Assembly: GCA_031431875.1 (NCBI GenBank)
Contig: JANPEF010000106.1
Coordinates: 44,680 to 108,679 of the forward strand
DNA length: 64,000 nt
Direction: 5' to 3'
From: Candidatus Eiseniibacteriota bacterium
Lineage (GTDB): Bacteria > Eisenbacteria > RBG-16-71-46 > DASYSL01
In this document: piece by piece, positions 49,524 to 60,315 of the stretch
Numbering within the stretch: position 1 is the stretch's first letter
Layout: each line of letters starts with the position of its first letter
Position numbers and translations under genes: made by a program
Notes under the pieces: model-generated
The model's database searches: none
What the model saw: the letters and a program-made list of their open reading frames with translations, nothing else
What the model was told of the DNA's origin: nothing

Positions 49524-50374
49524 GGCCCGGCGCCCGGCGCGGCCTGGCCACGGCGAGTGCCATCCTCGCGATCGCGCTCGTGGCGGGACCGGGCTGCTAC
49601 TCCAAGCGATTCCGCACCCTCGAGGAGTCGGTCGCGTCGCTGTCGCGGCAGGCCGATTCCCTGCAGGCCGAGCACGACCGCACCCGCGACGAGCTCGACG
49701 CCACGCGCGCCGAGCTGGGGCAGACCACGCGCTCGCTGCGCGCCGGCAGCGAGACCTCGGTGCAGGAGATGGCGGCCCGCGTCGAGCAGATCGAGGCGCG
49801 GCTCGAAGAGCAGTCGCAGCTCCTCAACGAAATCCAGCAGCGCGCCCGCACGCGCAGCCTCGGCCTCGATTCGACGAGCGTCGGGGGCACGAGCACGGCA
49901 CCGCACCCGGGTGCCGCGGGTGCGGCCACAGCGGGGGCGGGCGTGGCGAAGGCGGCCAAGCCGTCCGCGGCAGCGAACCCGGGCGACGTGCGCGTCGACC
50001 CGACCGCGGCCTACGACCAGGCGGTGGCCGACTTCACGCAGGGACGATTCCCGCTCGCGCAGCGCGAGTTCCGCGAGTTCGTCGGCACGTACCGCACGAG
50101 CGATCTGGCCGACAACGCGCAGTACGGCGTCGGCGAGTCGTTCTACGCGCAGGGCCAGTACGACTCGGCCGCCGTCGAGTACCGGGAGGTCGTCGAGGCC
50201 TGGCCGTCGGGGGACAAGGTGCCCGCGGCGTTGTACAAGCTCGGCGTCACCTACCAGAAGATGAACCTGCCCGCCGAGGCGAGGACCACGTACAGCACGC
50301 TGATCGAGAAGCATCCGCGTTCGGGCGAGGCGAAGCTCGCCGGCGAACGGCTCCGCGAGCTGGAGAGCCGCTGA
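49520..50374 (+). CDS. cpoB: Cell division coordinator CpoB (YbgF)
   Basis: Coiled coil plus three TPRs ([21 protein letters not shown]), directly after pal. Confidence 0.88.
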   Translation: MRPGARRGLATASAILAIALVAGPGCYSKRFRTLEESVASLSRQADSLQAEHDRTRDELDATRAELGQTTRSLRAGSETSVQEMAARVEQIEARLEEQSQLLNEIQQRARTRSLGLDSTSVGGTSTAPHPGAAGAATAGAGVAKAAKPSAAANPGDVRVDPTAAYDQAVADFTQGRFPLAQREFREFVGTYRTSDLADNAQYGVGESFYAQGQYDSAAVEYREVVEAWPSGDKVPAALYKLGVTYQKMNLPAEARTTYSTLIEKHPRSGEAKLAGERLRELESR

Positions 50375-51171
50375 ACGCGCGCACCGGGGGCTGGGCGGAG
50401 AACGCCCGCGCCTGGGTGCGCTACGTGGATCACGATCCCCACCGGACCGCGTTGCTCGACGACGCGGTCCGTCGGGTCACGCCGGGCGTGCGCGGCGAGG
50501 CGTGGCTCGATGCCGGTTGTGGCGAGGGCCGTGTGGCGCGCGCACTGGCCGCCCGCGGCGCACGCGTACTCGGCGTCGACGTGGCCCCGGGGCTGATCGC
50601 TGCCGCGCGACGGCGCGCTCGAGTGTTGCCCACCGCTGTGCGCGGGCGGCTCCACTTCGAGACGGGGGAGTTGGGCGCCCGCGGGCTGCTCGAACGCGGC
50701 GGGCTCGACGGCGTGCTGTGCGTGCTCGCGCTCATGCACGTCGCGCGCGAGCGGCCGGTGCTGGCCGCCTGGGCGCGGGCGTTGCGCCCGGGCGGGCGGC
50801 TCGTGCTCGTGCTTCCGCACCCGTGCTTCATGGGACCGGACACGACCTGGGGGGCGACGCTGCCGCAGGTGCCGCGCGGCGCGCCCGCGCTCGATCACCT
50901 GCGCGTCGCCTCGTATCCCGGGCGGGGCCGGCAGACCTTTCGTTTCTCGCCCGCGTTTCCCGCCACCACCGTGAACCACCACCGCTCGCTGGCGACACTG
51001 TCGGCGGGGCTCGCCGCGCACGGCTTCCTGACGCGCCGGCTGTTCGAGCCACGCCCGGCCGGCCGGGGGACGCCGTCGACCCCTGGCGCCGACCCCGCAT
51101 GGGAGGCGCGGCGGCGTATCCCGTTCTTCCTCGTCTGGGAAGCGGTGCGCGTGATGGGCGCTCCGTTGTGA
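50371..51171 (+). CDS. Class I SAM-dependent methyltransferase (proposed CTG start)
   Basis: WLDAGCGEGR, LRPGGRL, HPCF, HHRSL, GF...EP, PFFL; CTGA overlap with the cpoB stop and GGAG upstream. Confidence 0.8.
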   Translation: MNARTGGWAENARAWVRYVDHDPHRTALLDDAVRRVTPGVRGEAWLDAGCGEGRVARALAARGARVLGVDVAPGLIAAARRRARVLPTAVRGRLHFETGELGARGLLERGGLDGVLCVLALMHVARERPVLAAWARALRPGGRLVLVLPHPCFMGPDTTWGATLPQVPRGAPALDHLRVASYPGRGRQTFRFSPAFPATTVNHHRSLATLSAGLAAHGFLTRRLFEPRPAGRGTPSTPGADPAWEARRRIPFFLVWEAVRVMGAPL

Positions 51172-51194
51172 GGCCCCGCAGCGTTTGCTAGACT
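51166..51194 (+). promoter_or_regulatory. Candidate promoter
   Basis: TTGTGA, N17, TAGACT with TG extended -10. Confidence 0.45.
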
Positions 51195-51249
51195 GCGCCC
51201 GGCCGCACCCGAACACCGCCCGTTCCTTCCCCGCACCCGAGCTCATTCC

Positions 51250-52068
51250 ATGGCCGATTCGATTCCGACCGCCGCCGGCAGCCCCGTCGCGATCACGCCC
51301 GTCGCGCTCGACGAGGCACTGTCGCGCTACGTGCGGCTGCCCACGTTTCCGCTCGCGGTCTCGTGGGTGGCGCGCATGGAAGACGTGCCCGCGAAGCTCA
51401 AGCGCCCGAAGCAGGACCTGGGAATCGAGGTCGCTGTCTGCCAGACGTTCGCGCTGGCGCGGCGCTACGGCTGGGGCCTGGCGGTGGGACGCGAGGACCT
51501 CTCGTGCCCGCTCGCTGCCGTCGCGTTCGGCTACGAGCCGGCCTTGCCGTTCTACGACGAGGGCAACCTGTGCGTCGAGATGTACACGAAGGACGCCGCC
51601 GCGGGCGCGCGCTCCGAGGCTGCCATCCCGAAGTTCGCGGTCGGCCACCACGCCGCGCTGCTCGTCGCGCCGCTCGCGCGCGCATCGTTCACGCCCGACG
51701 TGGTCGTCGTCTACGCCAACGGGGCGCAGGTCATGCGCCTGCTCGCCGCGGCGCTCTATTCCCGCGGCGGGATGCTCGCCAGCCACCATGCCGCGCGCGT
51801 CGACTGTGCCGAGCTGGTGATCCGCACGCACCAGGCGGGCGAGCCGCAGGTCGTGCTGCCGTGCTACGGCGATCGCATCTTCGGCCAGACCGGCGACGAC
51901 GAGATGGGCTTCGCCTGGCCGTGGTCGTGGACGCCGGGGATCATGGCAGGATTGGAAGGCACGCAGAAGGGCGGCGTGCGTTACCCGGTCCCGTCGTTCC
52001 TGCGCTACACCGGCGAGTATCCCGAGACCTACGAGCACCTGAAGGCGATGTGGAAGGAGAACGCGTGA
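51250..52068 (+). CDS. DUF169-family protein
   Basis: VCQ..ARRYG..EDLSCP..FG, PDVVVVYANGAQ, DCAE, PCYGDR..DEM. Confidence 0.78.
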   Translation: MADSIPTAAGSPVAITPVALDEALSRYVRLPTFPLAVSWVARMEDVPAKLKRPKQDLGIEVAVCQTFALARRYGWGLAVGREDLSCPLAAVAFGYEPALPFYDEGNLCVEMYTKDAAAGARSEAAIPKFAVGHHAALLVAPLARASFTPDVVVVYANGAQVMRLLAAALYSRGGMLASHHAARVDCAELVIRTHQAGEPQVVLPCYGDRIFGQTGDDEMGFAWPWSWTPGIMAGLEGTQKGGVRYPVPSFLRYTGEYPETYEHLKAMWKENA

Positions 52069-53216
52069 GCGAGGTCAAGCGCGCCGACGCGATCATCGTC
52101 GGGGCCGGCTGCATCGGCGCCTCGATCGCCTACCACCTCGCGCTGCGCGGTCTCAAGCCGCTCGTCCTCGAGAAGGAGAACGCGCCCGGGCTGGGCTCGA
52201 CCGGCCGCTGTGCGGGCGGCGTGCGCCAGCAGTTCTCGACGCCGGTGAACGTGCGCGTGAGCAAGCTGTCGATCGAGGCGTTCGCGCGCATGAACGAGGA
52301 GCTCGCCTGCGAGGGTGACCTCTACTCGCCCGTCGGCTACCTGTTCCTGCTCTCTGATGCCGCGCGCTGGGCCGCCTTCCAGGCGGGCGCGGCGATGCAA
52401 CGCGAACTGGGCGTTCCGGTCGACCTGCTCACCCCGGGGGACGTGGCGCGGCGCTGGCCGTTGCTGGCGACCGACGACCTGGTCGGCGCGACGTTCTGCG
52501 CTAGCGACGGCCTGGCCGATCCGCACGGCGTGACGGCCGCCTACTGCGCCGCGGCGAAGCGCCTGGGCGCGCGCTTCGAGTACGAGCGCCAGGTGAACGC
52601 GGTCCACCGCGAGGCCGGCCGCGTCGTCGGCGTCTCGACTGCCGCCGGTCGCGTCGACGCGCCCGTCGTGATCGACGCGGCCGGGCCGCACGCCGCCGTC
52701 GTCGCCGCGCTCGCCGGCGTCGAGCTGCCGGTCGTGCCGGTGCGGCGCCAGATCTTCACGACGCAACCGCTCGACTGGGTGCCCACCGACTTCCCCATGG
52801 TCGTCGACATGGCCACCGGCCTGTACATGCACAAGGAGAGCGGCGGACTGCTGCTGGGCCTCGCCGACAAGTCCGAGCCGCCATCGTTCGACCTGCACGT
52901 CGACCTCGACTTCCGCGACCGCGTCTTCCTCGCCGGCATGGAGCGCATGCCGCGGCTCGAGGACGCCGCCTACCGCGCGGGCTGGGGCGGCAGCTACGAG
53001 GTCACGCCCGATCACAACGCGATCCTCGGGCCCTCCGGCGTCGAGGGTTTCCTGCTCGCCAACGGCTTCTCGGGCCACGGGTTCATGCACGCCCCCGGCG
53101 TGGGTATGCTCCTCGCCGACTGGGTGGTCGACGGCCGCCCACGCTTCGACGTGTCCGAGCTCGGGCTGGCGCGCTTCACCGGCTGCCCGCTCGAAGCCGA
53201 AGCGAACGTGATCTGA
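52065..53216 (+). CDS. FAD-dependent oxidoreductase (DAO/sarcosine oxidase beta-like)
   Basis: IVGAGCIG, GSTGRCAGGVR, TPDHNAILG, GFSGHGFM. Confidence 0.9.
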   Translation: MSEVKRADAIIVGAGCIGASIAYHLALRGLKPLVLEKENAPGLGSTGRCAGGVRQQFSTPVNVRVSKLSIEAFARMNEELACEGDLYSPVGYLFLLSDAARWAAFQAGAAMQRELGVPVDLLTPGDVARRWPLLATDDLVGATFCASDGLADPHGVTAAYCAAAKRLGARFEYERQVNAVHREAGRVVGVSTAAGRVDAPVVIDAAGPHAAVVAALAGVELPVVPVRRQIFTTQPLDWVPTDFPMVVDMATGLYMHKESGGLLLGLADKSEPPSFDLHVDLDFRDRVFLAGMERMPRLEDAAYRAGWGGSYEVTPDHNAILGPSGVEGFLLANGFSGHGFMHAPGVGMLLADWVVDGRPRFDVSELGLARFTGCPLEAEANVI

Positions 53217-53218
53217 CG

Positions 53219-54292
53219 ATGCGTCCCGACGATCCGGCGCACGCGCTGCAGGAAGGCCTTGCCCTCGATCCCACCGCGTTCGTCGCGCCCGGCGCGACCG
53301 TCGTCGGCCGCGCGACGCTGCACGCCCGCTCGTCGGTGTGGTTCTCGGCGGTCATCCGGGCCGACATGGACACCGTCGTCCTGGGCGAGGAGTCGAACCT
53401 GCAGGACGGCGCGGTCATCCACGTCGACCACGGATTTCCGACCACCATCGGGCGCCGCGTGACGATCGGCCACCGCGCGATCGTCCACGCCGCGACGGTC
53501 GAGGACGGCTGCCTGATCGGCATGGGCTCGATCGTCCTCACCGGCGCGCGCGTGGGGGCCGGCTCGCTCGTCGCCGCCGGCGCGTTGGTGCGCGAGGGTC
53601 AGCAGATCCCTCCCGGTTCGCTCGTCGTCGGTGCGCCTGCGAAGGTGCTTGGCCCGGTGAAGCCCGAACACACCGCTGCGATCACCAGCGGCGTCGACCA
53701 CTACGTGGCGCTCGGTGCGGCCTATCGCGCGAAGGGCTACGCCGCGAGCTTCCCCGCGGGAGGGGAGGGCCTGGTGCAGAAGGCGCTGGCGCGCGAGGGC
53801 GAGGTTGCCTGGTTCGGGCTCCTGTCGCTGCTCGAGCTGTCCCCGGCGCGGCTGGCGCAGGACCTCGAGTCCGTGCCGCACGAACGGCTCGCCAAGCGTC
53901 CGGCCGACGGCGGCTGGAGCGCGCTCGAGGTGCTGGCCCACCTGCGCGATGCCGAGGTCGAGGTCTTCGCCCCGCGCCTGTCCGCCCTGCTCGATCCGGC
54001 CGCCGACGGCAGTACGATCCTCGCCGGTGCCGGCAAGGTCGATGCCCGCGACGCCGCGTGGGCCGCCGCGCGCGACGACGCCGCGACCGATCCCGCCGCG
54101 GCGCTCGCGGCGTTCGCCCGCGCCCGCGGCGAGAACCTCGCCCGCCTCGAGCTGTTGCCGCCCGCGGCGCGCAGCCGTTCGGCAATCCACCCGACGCGTG
54201 GCCCGATCACGCTGTTCGAGCAGGTCGAGCGCATGGCCGAGCACGATCTCGCGCACACGCGCCAGATCGAGCGCGCGCTCGCGGGCACGTGA
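53219..54292 (+). CDS. Gamma-carbonic-anhydrase-like hexapeptide domain fused to a DinB-family domain
   Basis: VIRAD, NLQDGAVIH, IGHRAIVH; then GWSALEVLAHLRDAE...EHDLAHTRQI. Confidence 0.85.
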   Translation: MRPDDPAHALQEGLALDPTAFVAPGATVVGRATLHARSSVWFSAVIRADMDTVVLGEESNLQDGAVIHVDHGFPTTIGRRVTIGHRAIVHAATVEDGCLIGMGSIVLTGARVGAGSLVAAGALVREGQQIPPGSLVVGAPAKVLGPVKPEHTAAITSGVDHYVALGAAYRAKGYAASFPAGGEGLVQKALAREGEVAWFGLLSLLELSPARLAQDLESVPHERLAKRPADGGWSALEVLAHLRDAEVEVFAPRLSALLDPAADGSTILAGAGKVDARDAAWAAARDDAATDPAAALAAFARARGENLARLELLPPAARSRSAIHPTRGPITLFEQVERMAEHDLAHTRQIERALAGT

Positions 54293-55200
54293 CCGCTCCC
54301 GAACGCGTGCTCGTCGCCGGCGCCACCGGCTACCTGGGCCGTCGGCTCGTCCCGCGCCTGCGGGCTTCGGGCCGCACGGTCCGTGTGCTCGTGCGCGGCG
54401 GGGCGGCGCGCGCCGCCGGATTTCCGCACCTGGCCGGCTGCGAGATCGCCGCGGGCGACCTGGGCGACGCCGCGTCGTGTCGTCGCGCCGCCGAGGGCGT
54501 GGACACGGTGATGAACCTGGTGGGCATCATTCGCGAGGCCGGCGGCGCGACGTTCGAGACGATCCATGTCGGCGGTACCGTCGTGCTCGTCCAGGCCGCG
54601 CGCCATGCTGGCGCACGGCGATTTCTCTACGTGAGCGCGATCGGCGCGCGGCCCGACGCGCCGACCGCGTACTGGCGCACCAAGGCCGAGGCCGAGCGCA
54701 TCGTCGCGACGAGCGGCCTGACGTGGCTCGTCCTGCGACCGTCGCTGGTGCTGGCGCGCGACGGGGAGTTCTACGGCGTGATGAAGCAGCTCACCGCCAT
54801 TCCGCTGGTGCCGCTGCTGGGGGGCGGGACGACCCGCATCCAGGCCGTCCACGCCGACGACCTCGCGCTCGTCGAGGCGAGTGCCCTCGACCATCCCGCG
54901 GCGTGGAACCGCGTGATCGACGTGGTGGGCCCGGAGGCGATTCCGTTCAAGGTGCTGCTGGCACGCACGGCGAAGGGGCTGCGCCGGCCGGTCCTGTTCG
55001 TGCCGGTGCCGATCGCACTGGCGCGGCCGTTCGTCCACCTGGCCGCCGCGCTGCTGCCGGTGCCGCCGATCACGCCGGGCCAGCTGGCGATGCTGGCCGA
55101 GGACTCGGTCGGTGACGCCGGCGAAGTCCTGCGCCACTTCGGCGTGCGGGTGCGCCCGATCGACGACGTGCTCGGCGATCGCGTGGCGGGGGCGGCATGA
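54289..55200 (+). CDS. Atypical SDR / NAD-dependent epimerase (NDUFA9-like)
   Basis: [29 protein letters not shown]. Confidence 0.87.
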   Translation: MTAPERVLVAGATGYLGRRLVPRLRASGRTVRVLVRGGAARAAGFPHLAGCEIAAGDLGDAASCRRAAEGVDTVMNLVGIIREAGGATFETIHVGGTVVLVQAARHAGARRFLYVSAIGARPDAPTAYWRTKAEAERIVATSGLTWLVLRPSLVLARDGEFYGVMKQLTAIPLVPLLGGGTTRIQAVHADDLALVEASALDHPAAWNRVIDVVGPEAIPFKVLLARTAKGLRRPVLFVPVPIALARPFVHLAAALLPVPPITPGQLAMLAEDSVGDAGEVLRHFGVRVRPIDDVLGDRVAGAA

Positions 55201-55775
55201 CGCCGCGTCGTGCCGGGCTGCGCCCGGCCGTGCCGGCGAGCCCGGCGGCGGGCCACCGCGCCGACGCCGTGGGTCCGCCGCTGTGTGCGGTCGTGATCAC
55301 CGCGAGCGACACGCGCGGGGCGCTCGACGATCCGAGCGGCGACCTGGTGGCCACGCGCCTGGCCGCGGCCGGGCTCGAGGTGATGGATCGGGCCTGGGTG
55401 CACGACGCGCGCACCGCGCTCGTGGCCGCGCTGCGCGGGGCGATCGCCGTGCGCCACGCCGACGTCATCGTCGTCACGGGCGGCACCGGCGTGGCGCCGC
55501 GCGACGTGTCGCCCGAGGCCGCGCGCGCCGTCGGCGACCGCGAGCTGCCCGGATTCGGCGAACTCTTCCGCCTGCTCTCTTTTGCCGAAGTGGGCGCCGC
55601 CGCCCAGTTGTCGCGCGCGCTGTGCGTCACCGCCGGCGCGAGCGTGATCTACGTGCTGCCCGGCTCGCCGGCGGCCTGTGTGCTGGCGCTCGAGCGCCTG
55701 ATCGTTCCCGAAGTCCGTCACCTGCTCGGGCAGCTCCGCCGCCCGGCGCAACCACCGCCGTCGAGGACCCCATGA
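55197..55775 (+). CDS. MoaB/MogA-family molybdopterin adenylyltransferase
   Basis: [33 protein letters not shown]. Confidence 0.88.
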   Translation: MTPRRAGLRPAVPASPAAGHRADAVGPPLCAVVITASDTRGALDDPSGDLVATRLAAAGLEVMDRAWVHDARTALVAALRGAIAVRHADVIVVTGGTGVAPRDVSPEAARAVGDRELPGFGELFRLLSFAEVGAAAQLSRALCVTAGASVIYVLPGSPAACVLALERLIVPEVRHLLGQLRRPAQPPPSRTP

Positions 55776-56323
55776 TCAAGTCCGACAAGTGGATCGAACG
55801 CATGTGTCGCGAGAGGAAGATGATCGAACCCTACGAGACCGCGCAGGTGCGCGATGGCGTCATCTCGTACGGGATCTCGTCGTACGGCTACGACATCCGG
55901 ATCGCCGACGAGTTCAAGATCTTCTCCAACCTGACCGGTGCGGTGGTCGATCCGAAGAACTTCGACTCCTCGCTGCTGTTCGACTTCAAGGGGCCGTCGT
56001 GCCTGATCCCGCCCAACTCGTTCGCGCTCGGGCGCACGGTCGAGTACTTCCGCATCCCGCGCAACGTGCTCACCATCTGCGTCGGGAAGTCGTCCTACGC
56101 GCGCTGCGGCATCATCACCAACGTGACGCCGTTCGAGCCCGAGTGGGAGGGCTTCGCCACGCTCGAAATCTCCAACACGACGACGCTGCCGGCGCGGATC
56201 TACGCCAACGAGGGGATCGCCCAGCTGATCTTCTTCGAGTCCGACGAGGCGTGCGCGGTTTCCTACGCCGACAAGAAGGGCAAGTACCAGGCCCAGGTCG
56301 GGGTGACGCTGCCGCGGCTGTAG
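55772..56323 (+). CDS. dcd: dCTP deaminase
   Basis: [42 protein letters not shown]. Confidence 0.96.
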   Translation: MIKSDKWIERMCRERKMIEPYETAQVRDGVISYGISSYGYDIRIADEFKIFSNLTGAVVDPKNFDSSLLFDFKGPSCLIPPNSFALGRTVEYFRIPRNVLTICVGKSSYARCGIITNVTPFEPEWEGFATLEISNTTTLPARIYANEGIAQLIFFESDEACAVSYADKKGKYQAQVGVTLPRL

Positions 56324-56333
56324 GCCCGGGGCT

Positions 56334-57344
56334 CTAGGCGAGGCCCTCCGGCACGCCCGCGCCCAGCCCGACCTGGACCAGCAGCTTTGCCGCCAGGCGG
56401 GACCAGTCGTGCCGCTCCATCTCGGTGCGACCCGCGGCGCCCAGGCGCGCCCGCAGCGCGTCGTCGCCCAGCGCGCGGGCCATTGCCAGCGCGAGAAACC
56501 ACGGGTGCCGCACGGGGACGACGAGCGCCGTCTTCCCGTTGCGCGCGAAGTCACCGGTGCCGCTCGGCGTGCACACGACGCATGCGCCCGAGGCCATCGC
56601 TTCGGCCGCGGTGTTGCACCAGCCGGCGCGCTTCTCGGCCGCGACGAACACGTTGGTCTCGGCGTACAGCGTCGCCAGCTCGTCGGCCGTCGGATTGAGC
56701 ACGAAGCGCGTCTTCACGCCGGGCACGAGCCCGTCGCGCGGATCCTGCTCGTTGCCCGGCCCGACGTGATCGAACAGCACCAGCTCGAGGTCCGGGTAGC
56801 GCAGGGCCACCAGTCGCGCCGCGCTGACGACCAGGTCCGTGCCCTTGCGCGGCCGCGAGCGCCGACCGTAGGCGGTGACGAGTTTGCGCGCCGGGTCGCG
56901 GACTCCACGATCGGGGCGGAAGAAGTCGACGTCGACCGCCCCCGATCCGTCGAGCACGGGACGGCGGGCGCGGCGCGCCAGCCGCTTCGCGAGCGCCGTC
57001 GAAACGGCGGCCAGCCCGAGATTGCGATCGCGGATCGCCAGCGCCTCGCCGGGCTCGTTCTCGGCCGCGCAGTACCAGATACGGCGCGTCGCGATCAGCG
57101 CGCGCAGTTCGGGCAGGAGCGTGGGCTGCGGCGTGAAGGCGACGTCGTGGCTGCCGGTCGAGAGCGCTTCGAAGGAACGAATCCGCCCCGGGAAGGGGAG
57201 CCAGTCGGAGGGGGCGCCCTCGGGCGTGTACAGCGCGACGTCATGGCCCCAGGAGTGCCAGACGCTGCCGAGGGAGAGGTAGCGGCGGATGCCGCCGAAG
57301 ACCCGGAGGTGGGGGAGCACAGCGCCGATCGAGTAGTGTTCCAT
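56334..57344 (-). CDS. GT4-family glycosyltransferase
   Basis: FGGIR, RKG, AEKRAGWCNTAAEAMASG; GT-B pattern. Start 57344 or 57356. Confidence 0.82.
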   Translation of the reverse strand: MEHYSIGAVLPHLRVFGGIRRYLSLGSVWHSWGHDVALYTPEGAPSDWLPFPGRIRSFEALSTGSHDVAFTPQPTLLPELRALIATRRIWYCAAENEPGEALAIRDRNLGLAAVSTALAKRLARRARRPVLDGSGAVDVDFFRPDRGVRDPARKLVTAYGRRSRPRKGTDLVVSAARLVALRYPDLELVLFDHVGPGNEQDPRDGLVPGVKTRFVLNPTADELATLYAETNVFVAAEKRAGWCNTAAEAMASGACVVCTPSGTGDFARNGKTALVVPVRHPWFLALAMARALGDDALRARLGAAGRTEMERHDWSRLAAKLLVQVGLGAGVPEGLA

Positions 57345-57489
57345 ATTAGAACGCACGTTCCATATTGTTACTCCTCATTGTGCTAATATGAAACACTTAT
57401 CTGAAAACCGATGCGGAGTCAGTCCCGAACCCATCTGTAACACATTGCGTCGCAGTCGACTAGAGGCTGGCTTCCCATCCGGGCAGGGC

Positions 57490-57504
57490 TGGCACGAGGA
57501 TTGC
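57490..57504 (+). promoter_or_regulatory. Sigma54 (-24/-12) promoter for hsp20-dnaK
   Basis: TGGCAC-GAGGA-TTGC with exact spacing, 70 nt before the hsp20 ATG. Confidence 0.75.
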
Positions 57505-57574
57505 GCTATGCATTCGTGTCACCAGGCTCGGCGGTGCTCCCGCCCATCACCCCCTCCTAAGGAGGATTCCCCTC

Positions 57575-58018
57575 ATGACGATCCTGCGCTCCCTTCCTGC
57601 TCGCAACCTGCTCGACGTGCATGGCGACGTCAACCGCCTGTTCGACGGGCTGCTTGCTCCCTCGGTTCGTCCCGTCGATGCCGTCCAGCCGATGGCGGTC
57701 GACGTTCACGAAACCGACGCCGGCTACATGCTGCAGTTCGACCTGCCGGGGATCAAGTCCGAGGACGTGAAGATCCGCGTCCACGACGGCCAGCTCTCCG
57801 TGACCGCCGAGCGCAACGCGAACCCGCCCGCCGGCGACGGCGTGCGGACGCACCGCAGTGAACGCGTGCATGGTTCGTTCGCCCGCTCGTTCGCGCTGCG
57901 CCGCCCGATCGACACCGCGGGCATCACGGCGACTTCGCAGGACGGAGTCCTGACGCTCTTCGTGCCGCGCGCCGAGGCGGCGATGCCGCGCGAGATCAAG
58001 ATCGACGTCGTGAAGTAA
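57575..58018 (+). CDS. Small heat shock protein (Hsp20)
   Basis: [36 protein letters not shown]-terminal motif. Confidence 0.93.
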   Translation: MTILRSLPARNLLDVHGDVNRLFDGLLAPSVRPVDAVQPMAVDVHETDAGYMLQFDLPGIKSEDVKIRVHDGQLSVTAERNANPPAGDGVRTHRSERVHGSFARSFALRRPIDTAGITATSQDGVLTLFVPRAEAAMPREIKIDVVK

Positions 58019-58121
58019 GGCGCTTCGGCGCGGCAAGACCATCGACCGCCCGCACGGGCCGGAGCACGAGGCTCCGGTCCGCCGCACGGCGGACCTCGGC
58101 AGTTCGGGAAGGAGATCCACC

Positions 58122-60053
58122 ATGGGCAAGGTCATCGGGATCGATCTGGGAACCACCAACTCGTGCGTCGCGGTGATGGACGGCGGCGAGCCGAAGGTCA
58201 TCGCCAACGCGGAGGGCTTCCGCACGACGCCTTCGGTGGTCGCCTTCGCGAAGAACGGCGAGCGGCTGGTCGGCCTCGTCGCCAAGCGCCAGGCGGTCAC
58301 TAATCCGAAGAACACGGTCTACTCGATCAAGCGCTTCATGGGCCGCCGCTTCGACGAGACCGACTCGGAGCGCAAGAATGTGCCGTACGCGGTGAAGCCG
58401 GGCACCAATGACCTCGCGGTCGTCGAGGCCGACGGCAAGGAGTACTCGCCGCCCGAGATCTCGGCGCTCATCCTGCAGAAGATGAAGCAGACCGCCGAGG
58501 ACTACCTCGGGGAGCGCGTCACCGAGGCCGTGATCACGGTTCCGGCGTACTTCAACGACGCCCAGCGCCAGGCGACGAAGGACGCGGGTCGCATTGCCGG
58601 CCTCGACGTCAAGCGCATCGTCAACGAGCCGACCGCGGCCGCGCTGGCCTACGGCCTCGACAAGAAGAACAACGAGAAGATCGCGGTCTACGACCTGGGC
58701 GGCGGCACGTTCGACATCTCGATCCTCGAGATCGGCGACGGCGTCTTCGAGGTCAAGTCGACCAACGGCGACACGCACCTCGGCGGCGACGACTTCGACC
58801 AGCGCCTGATCGACTGGCTGGCCGACGAGTTCCGCAAGAACGAGGGCATCGACCTGCGCAAGGACCCGATGGCGCTCCAGCGCCTGAAGGAAGCGGCGGA
58901 GAAGGCCAAGTGCGAGCTGTCGACCACGGCGCAGACCGAGGTGAACCTGCCATTCATCACGGCCGATGCGTCGGGTCCCAAGCACATGAACATCAGCGTC
59001 ACGCGCGCGAAGTTCGAGCAGCTCGTCGACGACCTGGTCGAGCGCACGGTCGGTCCCTGCACGCAGGCGCTGGCCGATGCCGGGCTCAAGGCGTCCGACA
59101 TCGACGAGGTGGTGCTCGTCGGCGGTTCGACGCGCATGCCCAAGGTGCAGGAGCGGGTCAAGGCGCTGTTCGGCAAGGAGCCCCACAAGGGCGTCAACCC
59201 GGACGAGGTCGTCGCCATCGGCGCCGCGATCCAGGGTGGCGTGCTCGCGGGTGACGTCAAGGACGTGGTGCTGCTCGACGTGACGCCGCTGTCGCTGGGC
59301 GTCGAGACGCTGGGCGGCGTGACGACCAAGCTGATCGAGCGAAATACCACGATCCCGACCAAGAAGAGCGAGACGTTCTCGACGCCGACCGACAACCAGA
59401 CGACGGTCGAGATCCACATCCTGCAGGGCGAACGGGACCTGGCGCGCGACAACCGCTCGCTCGGCCGCTTCCACCTCGACGGCATCCCGCCGGCGCCGCG
59501 TGGCATTCCGCAGGTCGAGGTGACGTTCGACATCGACGCCAACGGCATCCTCCATGTCGCGGCCAAGGACAAGGCCAGCGGCAAGGAGCAGTCGATCCGC
59601 ATCGAGGCGTCGAGCGGCCTCAAGGAAGACGAGATCAAGCGGATGGTCAAGGAGGCCGAGCAGAACGCCTCCGCCGACAAGACGCGTCGCGAGGAGATCG
59701 AGGGGCGCAACCGAGCGGACCAGCGCGTGTACGAGACCGAGAAGGGGCTCAAGGAGCACGGCGACAAGATTCCGGCCGAGCTCAAGGGCAAGGTCGAGGC
59801 CGCCGTCGGACGCGTCAAGGAAGCGCTGACCAAGGACGACGCGGTGGAACTCAAGTCCGCGACGGACGATCTGGACACTTTGTGGAACGAGGCGTCGCAG
59901 GCCATGTACCAGGCGGCGGCAGCGACCTCCGCGGCGGCGCAGGGCGGCGAGGGCGGCGCGGACCCGGCAGGCGAGGCGTCGGCGAGCGGCGACGGCAAGG
60001 GCAAGAAGCCGGGAGACGGCGCCGTCGATGCGGACTTCGAGGTCGTGAACTAG
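58122..60053 (+). CDS. dnaK: Chaperone DnaK
   Basis: [39 protein letters not shown]. Confidence 0.98.
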   Translation: MGKVIGIDLGTTNSCVAVMDGGEPKVIANAEGFRTTPSVVAFAKNGERLVGLVAKRQAVTNPKNTVYSIKRFMGRRFDETDSERKNVPYAVKPGTNDLAVVEADGKEYSPPEISALILQKMKQTAEDYLGERVTEAVITVPAYFNDAQRQATKDAGRIAGLDVKRIVNEPTAAALAYGLDKKNNEKIAVYDLGGGTFDISILEIGDGVFEVKSTNGDTHLGGDDFDQRLIDWLADEFRKNEGIDLRKDPMALQRLKEAAEKAKCELSTTAQTEVNLPFITADASGPKHMNISVTRAKFEQLVDDLVERTVGPCTQALADAGLKASDIDEVVLVGGSTRMPKVQERVKALFGKEPHKGVNPDEVVAIGAAIQGGVLAGDVKDVVLLDVTPLSLGVETLGGVTTKLIERNTTIPTKKSETFSTPTDNQTTVEIHILQGERDLARDNRSLGRFHLDGIPPAPRGIPQVEVTFDIDANGILHVAAKDKASGKEQSIRIEASSGLKEDEIKRMVKEAEQNASADKTRREEIEGRNRADQRVYETEKGLKEHGDKIPAELKGKVEAAVGRVKEALTKDDAVELKSATDDLDTLWNEASQAMYQAAAATSAAAQGGEGGADPAGEASASGDGKGKKPGDGAVDADFEVVN

Positions 60054-60216
60054 GTCCCGGCGGAACGCACGAATCCGTGGCGAGAACTTGACACGCAGCG
60101 GACACGGAACCGGGGGCGGCGGCGCATCCTAGATGTGTTCGCCGCTGCTGCATGGAACCTAGGTAGTGGCCCGGATGTATTGAAGAGACAGGACGCGGCG
60201 ACGCGTCCGAAGTTCG

Positions 60217-60315
60217 AAAGTCCCCTGCGGTTCACGTGCGAGGCTCCCTTGGGAGCACGCCCCGTCCTTCGGTGTACGGGTCGACCCTCCACGGCTCCAG
60301 TGGGGGACTTTTTTT
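60217..60315. ncRNA. Unassigned structured element (long stem, three-way junction, U tract)
   Basis: AAAGTCCCC/GGGGACTTT, CGTG/CACG, GAGG/CCTC pairings enclose a GCTCC/GGAGC hairpin and a CCCGT/ACGGG hairpin with cTTCGg loop. Confidence 0.35.

Noticed and set aside
57380..57570. CIRCE/HrcA operator before hsp20-dnaK
   Set aside because: No TTAGCACTC-N9-GAGTGCTAA found.
60120..60315. 6S RNA assignment
   Set aside because: The closed stem spans only about 95 nt and lacks a central bubble; left unassigned.
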